A stretch of 64,000 bases of DNA from a bacterium (GCA_003252295.1 QKEV01000011.1:7127-71126), one strand, 5' to 3'. Positions 46,777 through 57,536 are shown, counted from the stretch's first letter. A program made the numbers and translations. The notes: generated by a model not told the origin, from the sequence alone.

Positions 46777-47505
46777 ATGAGACTAGAAAATAAAGTAGCC
46801 ATAGTCACAGGTGCCTCATCTGGACTTGGTAAAGCAATAGCAGAAATGTTCCTAAAGGAAGGTGCAAAGGTCGTTTTCTCAGACATCAACCCGTACCCAG
46901 GAGAGCTTAATGAAAATGCCATCTTTCAACATGCAGACACCTCTAAAAGTGAGGAGGTTGATGCTCTCATTGCCACTGCTGTTGAGAAGTTTGGCACGCT
47001 CGACATCATGGTCAACAATGCAGGCATTGGTGTACTCAATGAACTCACCAACCTGAGTGATGATGAATGGGACAAGGTTATAGCGGTCAACCAAGACGGC
47101 GTGTTCTACGGTGTCCGTGCAGCAGCACGATACATGAAGGAGCACAACATTGCTGGCTCTATCATCAACATGGCTTCAATTCTCGGGCAAGTTGGTTTCC
47201 GTGGTGCTGGAGCGTACTGTGCATCGAAAGGTGGCACGAACCAGATCACCCGCACCGCAGCTCTTGAACTCGCACCAGCAAACGTACGTGTGAACTCAAT
47301 AGCTCCTGGCTTCATCAAAACCGAAATGACAAAAGGTATACAGGAAGACACTGCTGCAAACAGCTTTATTGAGCAATCAACCCCGCTCGGCCATATGGGT
47401 GAGCCAAACGACATTGCCTACGCTGCAACATACCTTGCTTCAGACGAAGCAAGGTATGTTACCGGCTCAGTTCTCTACGTAGACGGTGGCTGGATGGCAC
47501 AGTAA
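46777..47505 (+). CDS. Short-chain dehydrogenase/reductase (3-oxoacyl-ACP reductase-like)
   Basis: TGASSGLGKAIA Rossmann motif, NNAG, catalytic S...YxxxK. Confidence 0.85.
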   Translation: MRLENKVAIVTGASSGLGKAIAEMFLKEGAKVVFSDINPYPGELNENAIFQHADTSKSEEVDALIATAVEKFGTLDIMVNNAGIGVLNELTNLSDDEWDKVIAVNQDGVFYGVRAAARYMKEHNIAGSIINMASILGQVGFRGAGAYCASKGGTNQITRTAALELAPANVRVNSIAPGFIKTEMTKGIQEDTAANSFIEQSTPLGHMGEPNDIAYAATYLASDEARYVTGSVLYVDGGWMAQ

Positions 47506-47527
47506 GCAACAAATCCATTCTCCATAG

Positions 47528-47556
47528 ACACTGCCCTACTGGGCAGTGTTTTTGTT
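47528..47556 (+). terminator. Intrinsic terminator
   Basis: ACACTGCCC tact GGGCAGTGT followed by TTTTTGTT. Confidence 0.6.
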
Positions 47557-47628
47557 GACTATTACCAGTAAACAAGTACGCTACTAAATAGAGGTCATAA
47601 TTATGATATTCAAACAGCACAGAAGAGG

Positions 47629-47859
47629 TTGCTTATGGAAACTCCTGAGGAAATAAATTATAAAAGGACACACAAGGAGCAGGGGTGTAGATGTTTTGAA
47701 TGTGCACGAATGTTTACGTTTTATCGAACCTGTTATATCCCTGTAGGAAATAGCCAAGTTAGGCCGGTTTGCCGCACCTGCAAAGGTGGTATTGTTGGTG
47801 ATATTATTGAAGTGCTGGCACAGATGTTACAAGTGACTGAAGAAACACTCATCCACTAA
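47629..47859 (+). CDS. Small Cys-rich protein (possible zinc ribbon)
   Basis: CRCFEC...C...C...CRTC. About 76 aa; followed by a GC-rich hairpin GAACCCCCT..AGGGGGTTC. Confidence 0.4.
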   Translation: MLMETPEEINYKRTHKEQGCRCFECARMFTFYRTCYIPVGNSQVRPVCRTCKGGIVGDIIEVLAQMLQVTEETLIH

Positions 47860-48103
47860 ACGTTCTACCGAACCCCCTCACAAAGGGGGTTCCAACTTGC
47901 ACTGTGAAAGAAAGTTGCAAATAGGTGCGTACAATACAACAGCATCCGAGGGTAGTGTAAAAATTTCACCATTAAAAAAATATGTCATGCATAGCGGATG
48001 CTCTATGGGCAAACACCACACATAACCAGTGTGGTGTTTTGCTTGTTATTTTGTAAAGCATAGGTAGGATGTATGCAGAATACAACACAAAAAGGAGGAA
48101 GGT

Positions 48104-48418
48104 ATGGAAAATAATACTGTGTACATTATTGAAGTTAATCAGGAAAAAAAAGGCGGCAGCATTGTGTTCAGTGTCACTCTATGTGGACAAAGAAAGTATT
48201 ATCAAATCACGGAAACAGAAACAGGAATGTATTCCTTTTGGGAAAATAATAGCAACCTTGTTGCAATTAAACTAATCGCAACAGGAATGGCTGACGTGGA
48301 TGCTGAACTCTTTACTCTCCTACACCCCCTACCATACAGCATTGATACGCCAAAAAACTTGCGGGAAATGATGATAGCAGCCAAGTACTGGAACCAGAGT
48401 GCATACCTGCACTGCTGA
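48104..48418 (+). CDS. Hypothetical protein (104 aa)
   Basis: ORF preceded by AAGGAGGAAGG. Confidence 0.45.
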   Translation: MENNTVYIIEVNQEKKGGSIVFSVTLCGQRKYYQITETETGMYSFWENNSNLVAIKLIATGMADVDAELFTLLHPLPYSIDTPKNLREMMIAAKYWNQSAYLHC

Positions 48419-48482
48419 CAAGTATAGTACTGCTATACAAAATGGGCACACATACATTGTGCCCATTACTGTTTCTAAATAT

Positions 48483-49307
48483 CTAAAAGCTATTTTTTGG
48501 CAGCACACCAAAATGCAAAAGTCCTTCTAAAACTCCCGATGCATAGTTACCATTGTAAGACCCTTCCCCATGAGCAAAGTATACCCTATCAATAATTCCC
48601 TTATCTTGTGCAATACATTGCACCTGGTCTTTAACTACAGCAGGTGCATTGTGTACTAGTATCGCTTTGTATCCACTTGTGAGAGGTAAAATATCATTAC
48701 CACTATCTCCCGCATATACCACATCTTCATTAGCGAGATTGAGTTTACCAACGAGGTACTGCAGTGCTGTTTCTTTTGTTGCAACAGTTGGCAACACATC
48801 TATGAGACCGAGGTTCTTATGTGGATCGACGCTACCCACTACTCGCACATCGTTACCACTCACTATCACAGCACGCCCTTCAACATACCTTACCCACTCT
48901 GTAAGTTTTTCAGGATTCTTAACGTAGTAACTTAACTTAAACTTGTTCTGTACGTACTCCTCCTGAAGAAATAATTCTTCCGTTCCAGTAACCTTTTCTT
49001 GTATTGCACGAACATTCCATCGCGGTGCTTCCCTTTGCACGTACTCCTCCCACATTTCCTCTTGAACCATCACACCATCTTCATCTTTTCTATAGAGTGT
49101 TGTTCCAACGTCACCAATAAGGTAGTCAGGAAAACCAAGTCCAAAGGTGTCTTTTGCCTCATACACCATGGAAAGATTTCTCCCTGTTACGTACACAAGT
49201 GTATGTTCAGAAGTATGCATGAACTCAAGAAACTTCCCAAGCATTCCATCGTCTGGTTCATGTCCATTAGGAAGAAGTGTTCTGTCTAAATCACAAGCAA
49301 CGAGCAT
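48483..49307 (-). CDS. HAD-IIB family sugar-phosphate phosphatase (SPP/MpgP-like)
   Basis: MLVACDLDRTLL (DxDxT) and GDSGNDI. Start set at 49307, which abuts the upstream gene stop at 49309. Confidence 0.7.
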   Translation of the reverse strand: MLVACDLDRTLLPNGHEPDDGMLGKFLEFMHTSEHTLVYVTGRNLSMVYEAKDTFGLGFPDYLIGDVGTTLYRKDEDGVMVQEEMWEEYVQREAPRWNVRAIQEKVTGTEELFLQEEYVQNKFKLSYYVKNPEKLTEWVRYVEGRAVIVSGNDVRVVGSVDPHKNLGLIDVLPTVATKETALQYLVGKLNLANEDVVYAGDSGNDILPLTSGYKAILVHNAPAVVKDQVQCIAQDKGIIDRVYFAHGEGSYNGNYASGVLEGLLHFGVLPKNSF

Positions 49308-49308
49308 A

Positions 49309-50505
49309 CTACAAGGTGAGGTAGTTAACCTGCTCACGAATTTTCTTGTATGCAAGAATGTATCCAGCTGCAGAAAAACCGAGTTCAGTGGTTCCTCGAG
49401 GTTCATACGTTTCGCCATGATAGAACTCAGGAAAAATATACATATCTCTCTTCAGGGTGTTAGCAAAACTCTCTAACCGGTACTCAACACTTTCATCATG
49501 ATCAGCAGCACCTGCAAGGAAGAAGCCATGTACGAGCGGCCAGAGTCCACCATTATGAAAACAGTACGGCTTATTTTTAAATTCATAGAGATAGTTATCT
49601 TTGAGGAACACCCACATTGGATCCTGCTCATCTATCACCGGACTAAATGCGGGAAGTATAGGGAGTGTGTCGTTCATACATCGTGAGAAGACGGTGTGCG
49701 TGATGGCAGTTTTCATGTCCTCATCAATAATATCGAGTACCAAGAGTAGTGCATTATCAAAATTTGCCACCCTGTGGTTAAATGCATTATGTGCAGAAAA
49801 GTACGCAATCGGAAGTGGTGGACTGTATGTTTCGAGACTCATTTCAAAGAGCGACTTATTGTATACCCTTGGATGATGTACATGCTTCTTTTGTGGAAAG
49901 TAGTTAACAGCAATAAGCTCACGCAGTACATCTGCACGCTCATCGGTACGCTGGTCATGAGTAAGGAGGTAGTAATTCCGTAGTGCTGTGTAGTACAACA
50001 CTTGGTCAAACAGTACATACGCATGTGTAATGTACTCATCAGCCCAATCACCCCCTTGCGGCACATAGAGCAAACCTCTTCCATTCAACTCAAGACACTC
50101 AAGATAAAACAAAGCTTTCTTTATCTCCTCATGCAGTTCATCAAAAATAAAATGCTCTCCTGTTCTCAGAGTGTATTGACACACACCAATAACAAACCAA
50201 ATAGTGGCATCAACCCTTCCTACTGTTGTACCGTAACTTTTCGTTCCCTCATCAAGTGTCACATTACTCACAATCCGTCCTGTGTGGTCTTGATTTCTTG
50301 CAAGTGTATGCAATGTAGCGAGAAATGTCTGCTTGAGGTCCTCACGTCCAGTTAACATACCAGCAAGACCAGCAATGATACCGTCACGTGACCAAATGCG
50401 CTTATAATTTGCAACATCCTCAAGAGAAGCAACAAACCCTTTTTCAGTTTGCAGGTGAGTAAGTAGATCTATGCTTTTTTCGTACGCTTCTTCAACAACT
50501 GACAT
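49309..50505 (-). CDS. (alpha/alpha)6-barrel glycoside hydrolase-like protein (GH63/GH100-type)
   Basis: Size and Trp/acidic-rich pattern; family assignment uncertain. GGAG SD 5 nt before the ATG at 50505. Confidence 0.5.
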   Translation of the reverse strand: MSVVEEAYEKSIDLLTHLQTEKGFVASLEDVANYKRIWSRDGIIAGLAGMLTGREDLKQTFLATLHTLARNQDHTGRIVSNVTLDEGTKSYGTTVGRVDATIWFVIGVCQYTLRTGEHFIFDELHEEIKKALFYLECLELNGRGLLYVPQGGDWADEYITHAYVLFDQVLYYTALRNYYLLTHDQRTDERADVLRELIAVNYFPQKKHVHHPRVYNKSLFEMSLETYSPPLPIAYFSAHNAFNHRVANFDNALLLVLDIIDEDMKTAITHTVFSRCMNDTLPILPAFSPVIDEQDPMWVFLKDNYLYEFKNKPYCFHNGGLWPLVHGFFLAGAADHDESVEYRLESFANTLKRDMYIFPEFYHGETYEPRGTTELGFSAAGYILAYKKIREQVNYLTL

Positions 50506-50651
50506 GACTCCTATACATACAGTTAAACACATCTTTCGCTTTACCTGCGGAACTTATGCACAAACAATATCACCTTGCATCACATGTACATTTAAGAACT
50601 ATATTTTGCAGATTAGAAACAAATGGTTGTATATAAAAAAAAGGGGGCAAC

Positions 50652-51485
50652 ATGGAACAAACTGTTCAAAAAAATCAAGTTATACTCACATACAACAGGA
50701 TGCTTGGTTTACCAGTAATACACATTTCTCATGAACTTAAGCAAGAAATAAGAGGAGGACTTACAGTACAGTACATACAGCAACTAAGAGAAGAGTACAA
50801 GATACCAAAGAGAATACCGTTCAGTAACCTTACTAGTATAGGATTTGGTTTTAATGACACCTTTACCTGTGGAGACCCAACAGAAACCCATTCACGATAC
50901 CTATTTAGCCCTAAACCAATATGTGCAATCACCTCGCAAACATGCTGTGAATGCAGCAGTATTGACTCAGCTAAGGAGGGTTGCATCTACTGCGAAGGAA
51001 GTGGGAAAAAGCTGCGCAAAGATGCAATGGTCGGACTACGACTTGCAGCAAGTTTACAAGCACTGTTTGACCAAGCTGCAATGTGCTTAAAAGATGTACA
51101 AATACCCTTACATATCACCTTTAGAAAAACGCAAACTGGGTATAATATCAAGGGACATCTCGCTGAACGACTGGTGCGGTACTTTCAAAAACCCATTGAA
51201 CACTACGTATGCAAATGCGTTACGTTCGCAATGAGTAGCATGTACATGAAACTTTGGCAGACATACACTCGTGACTGTCCTACTGCAGAGTCAGTCAAAG
51301 CTTATCAAGAGCATCAAAGCTTTGCACTTACCATTGCAGACAAGAGCATGTTACTGTTTAGTAAACCTACAGCAGATGCTGACATAGTTACATTTGAAAG
51401 CCATGGTGTAAAAACACCACTTGAGCTACTCGTATACTTCAGTGGTCTTGCGATGCTCAGCAACACACTACACTACAACCGTTAA
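50652..51485 (+). CDS. Hypothetical protein with Cys cluster (CCEC...CIYCEGSG)
   Basis: ORF preceded by AAAAGGGGG. Confidence 0.45.
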   Translation: MEQTVQKNQVILTYNRMLGLPVIHISHELKQEIRGGLTVQYIQQLREEYKIPKRIPFSNLTSIGFGFNDTFTCGDPTETHSRYLFSPKPICAITSQTCCECSSIDSAKEGCIYCEGSGKKLRKDAMVGLRLAASLQALFDQAAMCLKDVQIPLHITFRKTQTGYNIKGHLAERLVRYFQKPIEHYVCKCVTFAMSSMYMKLWQTYTRDCPTAESVKAYQEHQSFALTIADKSMLLFSKPTADADIVTFESHGVKTPLELLVYFSGLAMLSNTLHYNR

Positions 51486-51488
51486 TCC

Positions 51489-51818
51489 ATGCCCTGCGTA
51501 CTGCAGGGCATTTCTATTCTCAAGCGTTCTCTTTTTGCCGAACCACCTCATCGTGTACATCATGTATACGAGTATCCACGTATTAACCCTGGTATCGGCT
51601 TTTGCATCACCACCTATACTGGTGATGGAAGTCCACTCCCTTCTTTTGAAGGAGGACCATACCCTGTACCAATCGTTGGCGACACTATGATGGAGGTTGT
51701 AGACAACTACTGGTCTGCACTCAACAAGGACAACTGTGTATCGCTTGCTGTTAAATTCATCAATATCAAAACGGGCAAAAGTTACATACATGTAAAAAAC
51801 CGTTTTGAAAAAGTTTGA
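51489..51818 (+). CDS. Hypothetical protein
   Basis: ORF followed by a terminator. Confidence 0.35.
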   Translation: MPCVLQGISILKRSLFAEPPHRVHHVYEYPRINPGIGFCITTYTGDGSPLPSFEGGPYPVPIVGDTMMEVVDNYWSALNKDNCVSLAVKFINIKTGKSYIHVKNRFEKV

Positions 51819-51838
51819 TCTTTGCTCATGCAGTATAA

Positions 51839-51870
51839 AGCTGGAAGAGGTATCTCTTCCAGCTTTATTG
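51839..51870. terminator. Intrinsic terminator
   Basis: AGCTGGAAGAG gtat CTCTTCCAGCT followed by TTATTG. Confidence 0.55.
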
Positions 51871-51909
51871 TAAATTGATATTACCTCATGAAGTAATACA
51901 CAAAAACCA

Positions 51910-52374
51910 CTATGAAGTTTTTACACGAACGTACTCACGCCAAGTGAGCCACAGTATGAAAATGTCTACCAAAATTACCGATAGCAGTATCAGGGAATGG
52001 GTATGACTCATCCGTACCATCTCATACAGTACAAAAGCTCCTATAAGAACGAAACTTACCGGAAATGCCCACAGCTTATGTTTGATAAGGTTGTATGAAA
52101 GGATAATGTCTATGAGACCCCAGAAAATGAGATAGACAGCAAGAAAGTATGAAATAGAAATAGGATGATTAGTGAGAACATGTGTTGTTAAGGTGAAAAG
52201 CAAGTCATTTGGATCTTCAATAAGTTCATGACTCATCACCCTTGTAACAAGATCTATGAGAGGAATGTTGATGAGTCTCACAACAACAAGTCCTGACAAG
52301 ATACGCAACGTACCATAGGCAATACGCCACCACATACCAACAACAAACATCTGCTCTCCAAGCAATCTTTTCAT
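51910..52374 (-). CDS. Membrane protein (DUF2127-like, 4 TM)
   Basis: Hydrophobicity pattern. Confidence 0.5.
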   Translation of the reverse strand: MKRLLGEQMFVVGMWWRIAYGTLRILSGLVVVRLINIPLIDLVTRVMSHELIEDPNDLLFTLTTHVLTNHPISISYFLAVYLIFWGLIDIILSYNLIKHKLWAFPVSFVLIGAFVLYEMVRMSHTHSLILLSVILVDIFILWLTWREYVRVKTS

Positions 52375-52467
52375 CTGCTTAGTATATCAGTTTAAACTAG
52401 AAATACTGTACAGATACAGTATTTTCGGGTTGAGTAATCCTAAAAGCATAGTAAAATCAAAAGGAAT

Positions 52468-52953
52468 ATGACTATAAAAGATTTACACGAATTTCGTGAC
52501 CTGATCATAAAATCAAACACACCCGTTTCTGAAGTAGAGTTTACAAAAGACAACTACAATCATGGAGGTAAGCTTATAAAAAAAGGGTTGCCGACCATTA
52601 CAACAGATTTTTGTGAAATGGGACTTTTTAATGATGAAATATACTTTGTTTTTATTATTGAATCAGAAACATTCAGTGTAGGATTATTTGACAATATTAA
52701 AGAAAAATCTGGCATCAACATATACGGCTACACTGATTTTCACACAACGTTTTACCCCAACGAGAACCTCACTCTCAACGAACTCATAGAGAAGGTGCAG
52801 GAAGACAAGTACCTACAAATTCAATTTGACTTTCAAAGTTCTGACCTGACGTACCTTTTTAAAGAGTACACAAACCTCATAAGTATTTTCAAAAAGAACA
52901 AAGCAGTGGTTATAAACCAGCTCACAACAAAGCTGCCAAAGATAATAAAGTAG
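52468..52953 (+). CDS. Hypothetical protein
   Basis: ORF, no motif recognised. Confidence 0.45.
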   Translation: MTIKDLHEFRDLIIKSNTPVSEVEFTKDNYNHGGKLIKKGLPTITTDFCEMGLFNDEIYFVFIIESETFSVGLFDNIKEKSGINIYGYTDFHTTFYPNENLTLNELIEKVQEDKYLQIQFDFQSSDLTYLFKEYTNLISIFKKNKAVVINQLTTKLPKIIK

Positions 52954-52973
52954 AATAGTGTACTCAGCGCATA

Positions 52974-53864
52974 CTACGCACTGAATTCCTGTTTGATCTT
53001 GTCGTAATCTTTTGTACCTACCAGTTTTATCTTAGAGATAATTTCATTTCGAAATTCTTCGGAAAGATTATGGTTGTTCAATGCATCTACCATTTCAATT
53101 GCATGTACGTATAGTTTGAGCATGGCATCTGCCGTCTCATTATCCACTTGTGGCAACATATCAGCGTTACCTGAAAGGTAGCTCACAATATCACCCGAAC
53201 GATCAGCAACCGCATCGATTACCTTCTTTTGTGCCAGTGGCTTAATAAAACCACTCACGTTCTCTATGAGTTCCTTTGCTTTTGCATTAGTTTCTTTGAT
53301 TATGTGTTTAGCTTGCTCCTGTACCTCAACAGCAGCTCCTTCATTATCCAACCTAACCTGTTCGATAGTATAAGAGGGTTGTGCAAACTGCGACTCTGCA
53401 GCATGACCCTGATCAGCAGCAAATGTCGCTGTTGCAAGCGTGATTGTCAAAAAACTTGCCGCAGCTACAGCAAGTTTTTTGGGAAACAGTAATCTTACTT
53501 TTTCAAGAAACAAACTTGGGTCACCATTTTGCAATGCCCTTTCAACTTCCACTCTTTCAGGTTCCTCTATCCTCAACTCCATGAGAAGCTCCTTGATACC
53601 TCTCTCGGCAGCATCAAAAGTGAGTCTAGTGTACTCACGTAAAACTTCATCTGTAGAAAGTCCCGTCATCTCTTCAAGTCGAGAGAGTTCATCGTTGAGA
53701 GTGTCCATTTCACGTATCGCCTGCTCACGTTCTTTACCTTCTGGCATTTCTTCAACTTGGTAATTTTTCAACTCAAGTTCAAGTGCTTCTTCCTGCATTT
53801 CCCTTTTTAAGTCTGTTTCTTGTTCAGACCCATGTATATGTTGCGGTGTATCTTCTGGACTCAT
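52974..53864 (-). CDS. Hypothetical coiled-coil protein with one TM segment
   Basis: Glu/Leu-rich N-terminus and a central hydrophobic AAASFLTITLATATFAA. Confidence 0.45.
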   Translation of the reverse strand: MSPEDTPQHIHGSEQETDLKREMQEEALELELKNYQVEEMPEGKEREQAIREMDTLNDELSRLEEMTGLSTDEVLREYTRLTFDAAERGIKELLMELRIEEPERVEVERALQNGDPSLFLEKVRLLFPKKLAVAAASFLTITLATATFAADQGHAAESQFAQPSYTIEQVRLDNEGAAVEVQEQAKHIIKETNAKAKELIENVSGFIKPLAQKKVIDAVADRSGDIVSYLSGNADMLPQVDNETADAMLKLYVHAIEMVDALNNHNLSEEFRNEIISKIKLVGTKDYDKIKQEFSA

Positions 53865-53971
53865 AAGTTGTTTTTAATTCTATCTCTAAACTACTAAATT
53901 ACAAGACATCACCTATACACATTTGCACCACTATCGTACTTTTATGCAAGGTGTGCTAGTATCCCAGAACA

Positions 53972-54973
53972 ATGGACTGGCACAACATACAAACAGCACT
54001 AGAAGGCGAGCCCGGTTTCCGACTCAAGCAGGTTAAAAAGGCACTCTTTGTTGACCTAATTGATGACTGGGACAAGGTGACCGTACTACCAAAGAAGCTT
54101 CGTGAAGAGCTTGCCATATCTTGCCCACTCGACATACCAGCACAGGTTTTTCACTCAAAGGATGAAGCAACAGTAAAGGTACTCCTCACCCTCTCAGATG
54201 GAGTACAGATAGAGTCAGTACTCATGAGGCACAGCACAGGACGCAATACTGTCTGTGTATCAACCCTCGTCGGCTGTCCAATGGGATGCACGTTCTGCGC
54301 AACAGCAACCATGGGACTCGTACGGAAGCTTACCTCAAGCGAGATAATTGCCCAGGTACTTTTCTTCTCCAGATTACTCAGTAAGGAAAACGAACGGGTA
54401 GGAAGTATCGTCTTCATGGGTATGGGTGAGCCATTCCTCAACTACGACGTAGTTATGGATACAGTACGTATACTCAATGACCCGGAAATGTTCTCTATTG
54501 GTGCACGACACATCTCTATCTCTACCTGTGGCATACTCGAGGGTATTCAAAAGCTTGCAGAAGAATCACTACCGGTTAACCTTGCTATTTCACTCCATGG
54601 TAGCAATGACGAAGTGAGGAAACAGCTCATGCCGATTGCCCGCACGTACACACTGAAAGAGTTGATGACGGTCATTGATGGCTACATAGAGAAAACACAC
54701 CGAAAGGTCATGTTCGAGTACCTGCTTGTTGAAGGGATAAACGACAAAGATGAGCACGCTATCGAGCTTGCCCACCTACTGAAAGGTAAACTTTGCATGG
54801 TGAACCTCATTTCCTACAACGAGACCGGTAAGTACACAGCAACCACCGAGCAAGGTGTCGAACGCTTTAAAAAACTCCTACGGAAAAACGGTATTGAAGT
54901 ATCGATACGTTTCAGGTTTGGTAGAGATATCGAAGGTGCTTGCGGACAGCTCGCAACGAAGAGTAGTAAGTAA
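53972..54973 (+). CDS. rlmN: 23S rRNA / tRNA adenine C2 methyltransferase RlmN (radical SAM)
   Basis: CPMGCTFCAT CX3CX2C and RlmN-like N-terminal domain. Confidence 0.9.
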   Translation: MDWHNIQTALEGEPGFRLKQVKKALFVDLIDDWDKVTVLPKKLREELAISCPLDIPAQVFHSKDEATVKVLLTLSDGVQIESVLMRHSTGRNTVCVSTLVGCPMGCTFCATATMGLVRKLTSSEIIAQVLFFSRLLSKENERVGSIVFMGMGEPFLNYDVVMDTVRILNDPEMFSIGARHISISTCGILEGIQKLAEESLPVNLAISLHGSNDEVRKQLMPIARTYTLKELMTVIDGYIEKTHRKVMFEYLLVEGINDKDEHAIELAHLLKGKLCMVNLISYNETGKYTATTEQGVERFKKLLRKNGIEVSIRFRFGRDIEGACGQLATKSSK

Positions 54974-54983
54974 CAACCCGGTA

Positions 54984-57536
54984 TTAATAGTGCTCACGCA
55001 TGTGTGGGTGCAGGTACAGCTTTACGAGCTCAAACCATACAACACTCACAACCGCTATACCCACAACAAGGAAGATATCTATAACCGGTAGTGCTACTAC
55101 ATGGAAGAGTTCAGCAAAGAACGGTACATAGAACACTACTCCGAGACAGACAAGTGCTGCTGTCGTCACCACGTAGAGTGTTTTGTTACCCGAAAAGAAT
55201 GAGGACACCACACTGCGCTCCCAGGACAAATTAGTGACAATGAGCATGAGGTTTGAAAGTACGAGTAATGAGAAAACAAAACTTCGTGCAAGTTCTTCAC
55301 TCCTGCCTGAAGTGATTGCATAGTGATAGGTAATGAAAGTTACCACAAGCACACCGAGACCCTGTATCACACTTAACGTCACTGCACGTAAGCTAAACAT
55401 GGAATGGTTGAGGTCACGTGGCTTACGACGCATGAGGTCACGTGCACCACGCTGAGACTCAAACACTGTTGAACATGCAGGGTCAATAATGAGCTCTAGA
55501 AACGCTATGTGGGCTGGCAGCAAGACTGCTGGCAGACCAAAAACAAGTGGTAGTACCGACATGCCTGCAATAGGTACATGTATTGCAATGATGTACCCCA
55601 TAGAACGTTTCAGGTTACCGTAGATGCGTCTTCCAAGTCGTACCGCTGCCACGATCGAAGAGAAATCATCATCCAAGAGTATAAGTGCAGATGCCTCACG
55701 TGCAACGTCGGTACCACGCTCACCCATCGCTATACCGATATGTGCCGCCTTGAGTGCAGGTGCATCATTCACGCCATCACCCGTCATTGCCACAATGTCA
55801 CCGTTTGCCTTCAAAGCGTTCACTATGAGCAGTTTTTGCTCAGGTAGCACACGGGCAAAAATGTTCACCGTTTTGATTCTCTCCTGCAACTCAGCCGGTG
55901 GAAGGTTTGCGAGATCCTCACCGGTAAGGTAGCTTTCAGTGTCACGTATACCTATCTGCTGCCCGATGTACTGTGCGGTACCTGGATAGTCGCCCGTGAT
56001 CATAATGACGCGCATCCCTGCCCCGTACGCTTCTTCTACTGCTCGCGGTGCTGTCTCACGAGGTGGGTCAATAAAACCAACGAGACCAATGTATGTGTAA
56101 GTAAACTCTTGTTGGTGCTCAGGTAGTGCTTCTGCGTCACAGGTTGCTTGTGCAACTGCTAGTACACGCAAGCCGGTTGATGACATGTGCTCAACGGTCT
56201 CCAGAATTACCCTTCGCTCCTCGTCAGGCAAGTGACACAAGTTTGCGACCGCCTCAGGGGCACCTTTGACCGCGACAGTGCAAGGACCACCATGCTCTGA
56301 GTCACTCCAAACACGCGTAACAGCAAGACACTCCGGTGTGATTGGATACTCTTTTACAAACTTGAAACGGTCAACAAGATGCTCATGGTGTTCAGACCTG
56401 CCTTCACACACCCTGCGAAGTTCTTTCTCCATTGCATCGTACGGCTCTTTTTGACTCGCGAGCACACTATATGAGAGGAGTTGCTGGTACTCCTCTGGGA
56501 TTTCTGCAAGTGCATCATTGCGTATCTCATATGAAGCATTTCCCAAGTACAAACGTGATAAACGCATGGAATTGTGGGTAAGGGTGCCAGTCTTGTCAGT
56601 GCAGAGCACTGTAGCAGCACCTAAGGTTTCAATAGCTGCTGAACGTCGAGTTAAAACGTGACGTTTCGATATGCGCCACGCACCAAGGGTGAGAAAAATA
56701 GCGAGCACGACAGGAAACTCTTCAGGCAAGAGCGCCATCGCGAGCGTGAGCCCTGAGAGGAAACTCTCGAGCAGGTTACCTGTCGCCAGAGTAGAGAGCA
56801 CAACAACCACGATACACAACACCACAGCTATCACTGCTATGGTTCTCACGACACGAGATGTCTCCTTATGGAGAAGCGTTTGCTCGGTAGTGATACTCCC
56901 CAAACTCTTACCAATCTTCCCTATCTCAGTATGCACTCCCGTTTTATCAACTCGTGCCACAGCATGTCCGGACACAATGAGGGTGCCTGAGTACACGAAG
57001 GGCAGGTCCTCACCTCCTGGTCGCACCTCTTCCACTTCCCCACTCAGGACTGTTTTGCGCACTGCTACTGACTCACCAGTAAGGAGTGATTCGTCTACGA
57101 GTAGGTTGTTAGTCTCAAGGATCGAAGCATCAGCAGGAACACGGTCACCCTCACGCAATATCATAATGTCACCCCGCACCACCTCACGTCCTGCTATACG
57201 TTTCTGAACGCCATCGCGTATGACGAGTGCACGAGGACTCGAAAGGTCACGTAATGCCTCGAGTGTCTTCTCGGTCTTGTGTTCCTGATAGACGGTAATA
57301 ATCACTACCACAAATACGGCGATGAGGAGCATGATGGCGTCTCCGAGTGACCCCATGAAGAGGTAAATCGTACCGCTCGCAATGAGCAAGAGAAGCATTG
57401 GCTCAGAGAGCACCTTGAGAAAGGTCATGAGACCATTCTGCTTCTTTTGTGATGGAAGTTCGTTGTATCCTTCGGTGCGAAGCAGTCGAGTTGCCTCCTC
57501 CGTGGTGAGTCCTGTGTATGTTTTCGGATTCGGCAT
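54984..57536 (-). CDS. Cation-transporting P-type ATPase (type II/III-like)
   Basis: CTDKTGTLT phosphorylation motif, TGES, MITGD, GDGVNDAPAL, about 10 TM helices. Confidence 0.9.
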   Translation of the reverse strand: MPNPKTYTGLTTEEATRLLRTEGYNELPSQKKQNGLMTFLKVLSEPMLLLLIASGTIYLFMGSLGDAIMLLIAVFVVVIITVYQEHKTEKTLEALRDLSSPRALVIRDGVQKRIAGREVVRGDIMILREGDRVPADASILETNNLLVDESLLTGESVAVRKTVLSGEVEEVRPGGEDLPFVYSGTLIVSGHAVARVDKTGVHTEIGKIGKSLGSITTEQTLLHKETSRVVRTIAVIAVVLCIVVVVLSTLATGNLLESFLSGLTLAMALLPEEFPVVLAIFLTLGAWRISKRHVLTRRSAAIETLGAATVLCTDKTGTLTHNSMRLSRLYLGNASYEIRNDALAEIPEEYQQLLSYSVLASQKEPYDAMEKELRRVCEGRSEHHEHLVDRFKFVKEYPITPECLAVTRVWSDSEHGGPCTVAVKGAPEAVANLCHLPDEERRVILETVEHMSSTGLRVLAVAQATCDAEALPEHQQEFTYTYIGLVGFIDPPRETAPRAVEEAYGAGMRVIMITGDYPGTAQYIGQQIGIRDTESYLTGEDLANLPPAELQERIKTVNIFARVLPEQKLLIVNALKANGDIVAMTGDGVNDAPALKAAHIGIAMGERGTDVAREASALILLDDDFSSIVAAVRLGRRIYGNLKRSMGYIIAIHVPIAGMSVLPLVFGLPAVLLPAHIAFLELIIDPACSTVFESQRGARDLMRRKPRDLNHSMFSLRAVTLSVIQGLGVLVVTFITYHYAITSGRSEELARSFVFSLLVLSNLMLIVTNLSWERSVVSSFFSGNKTLYVVTTAALVCLGVVFYVPFFAELFHVVALPVIDIFLVVGIAVVSVVWFELVKLYLHPHMREHY

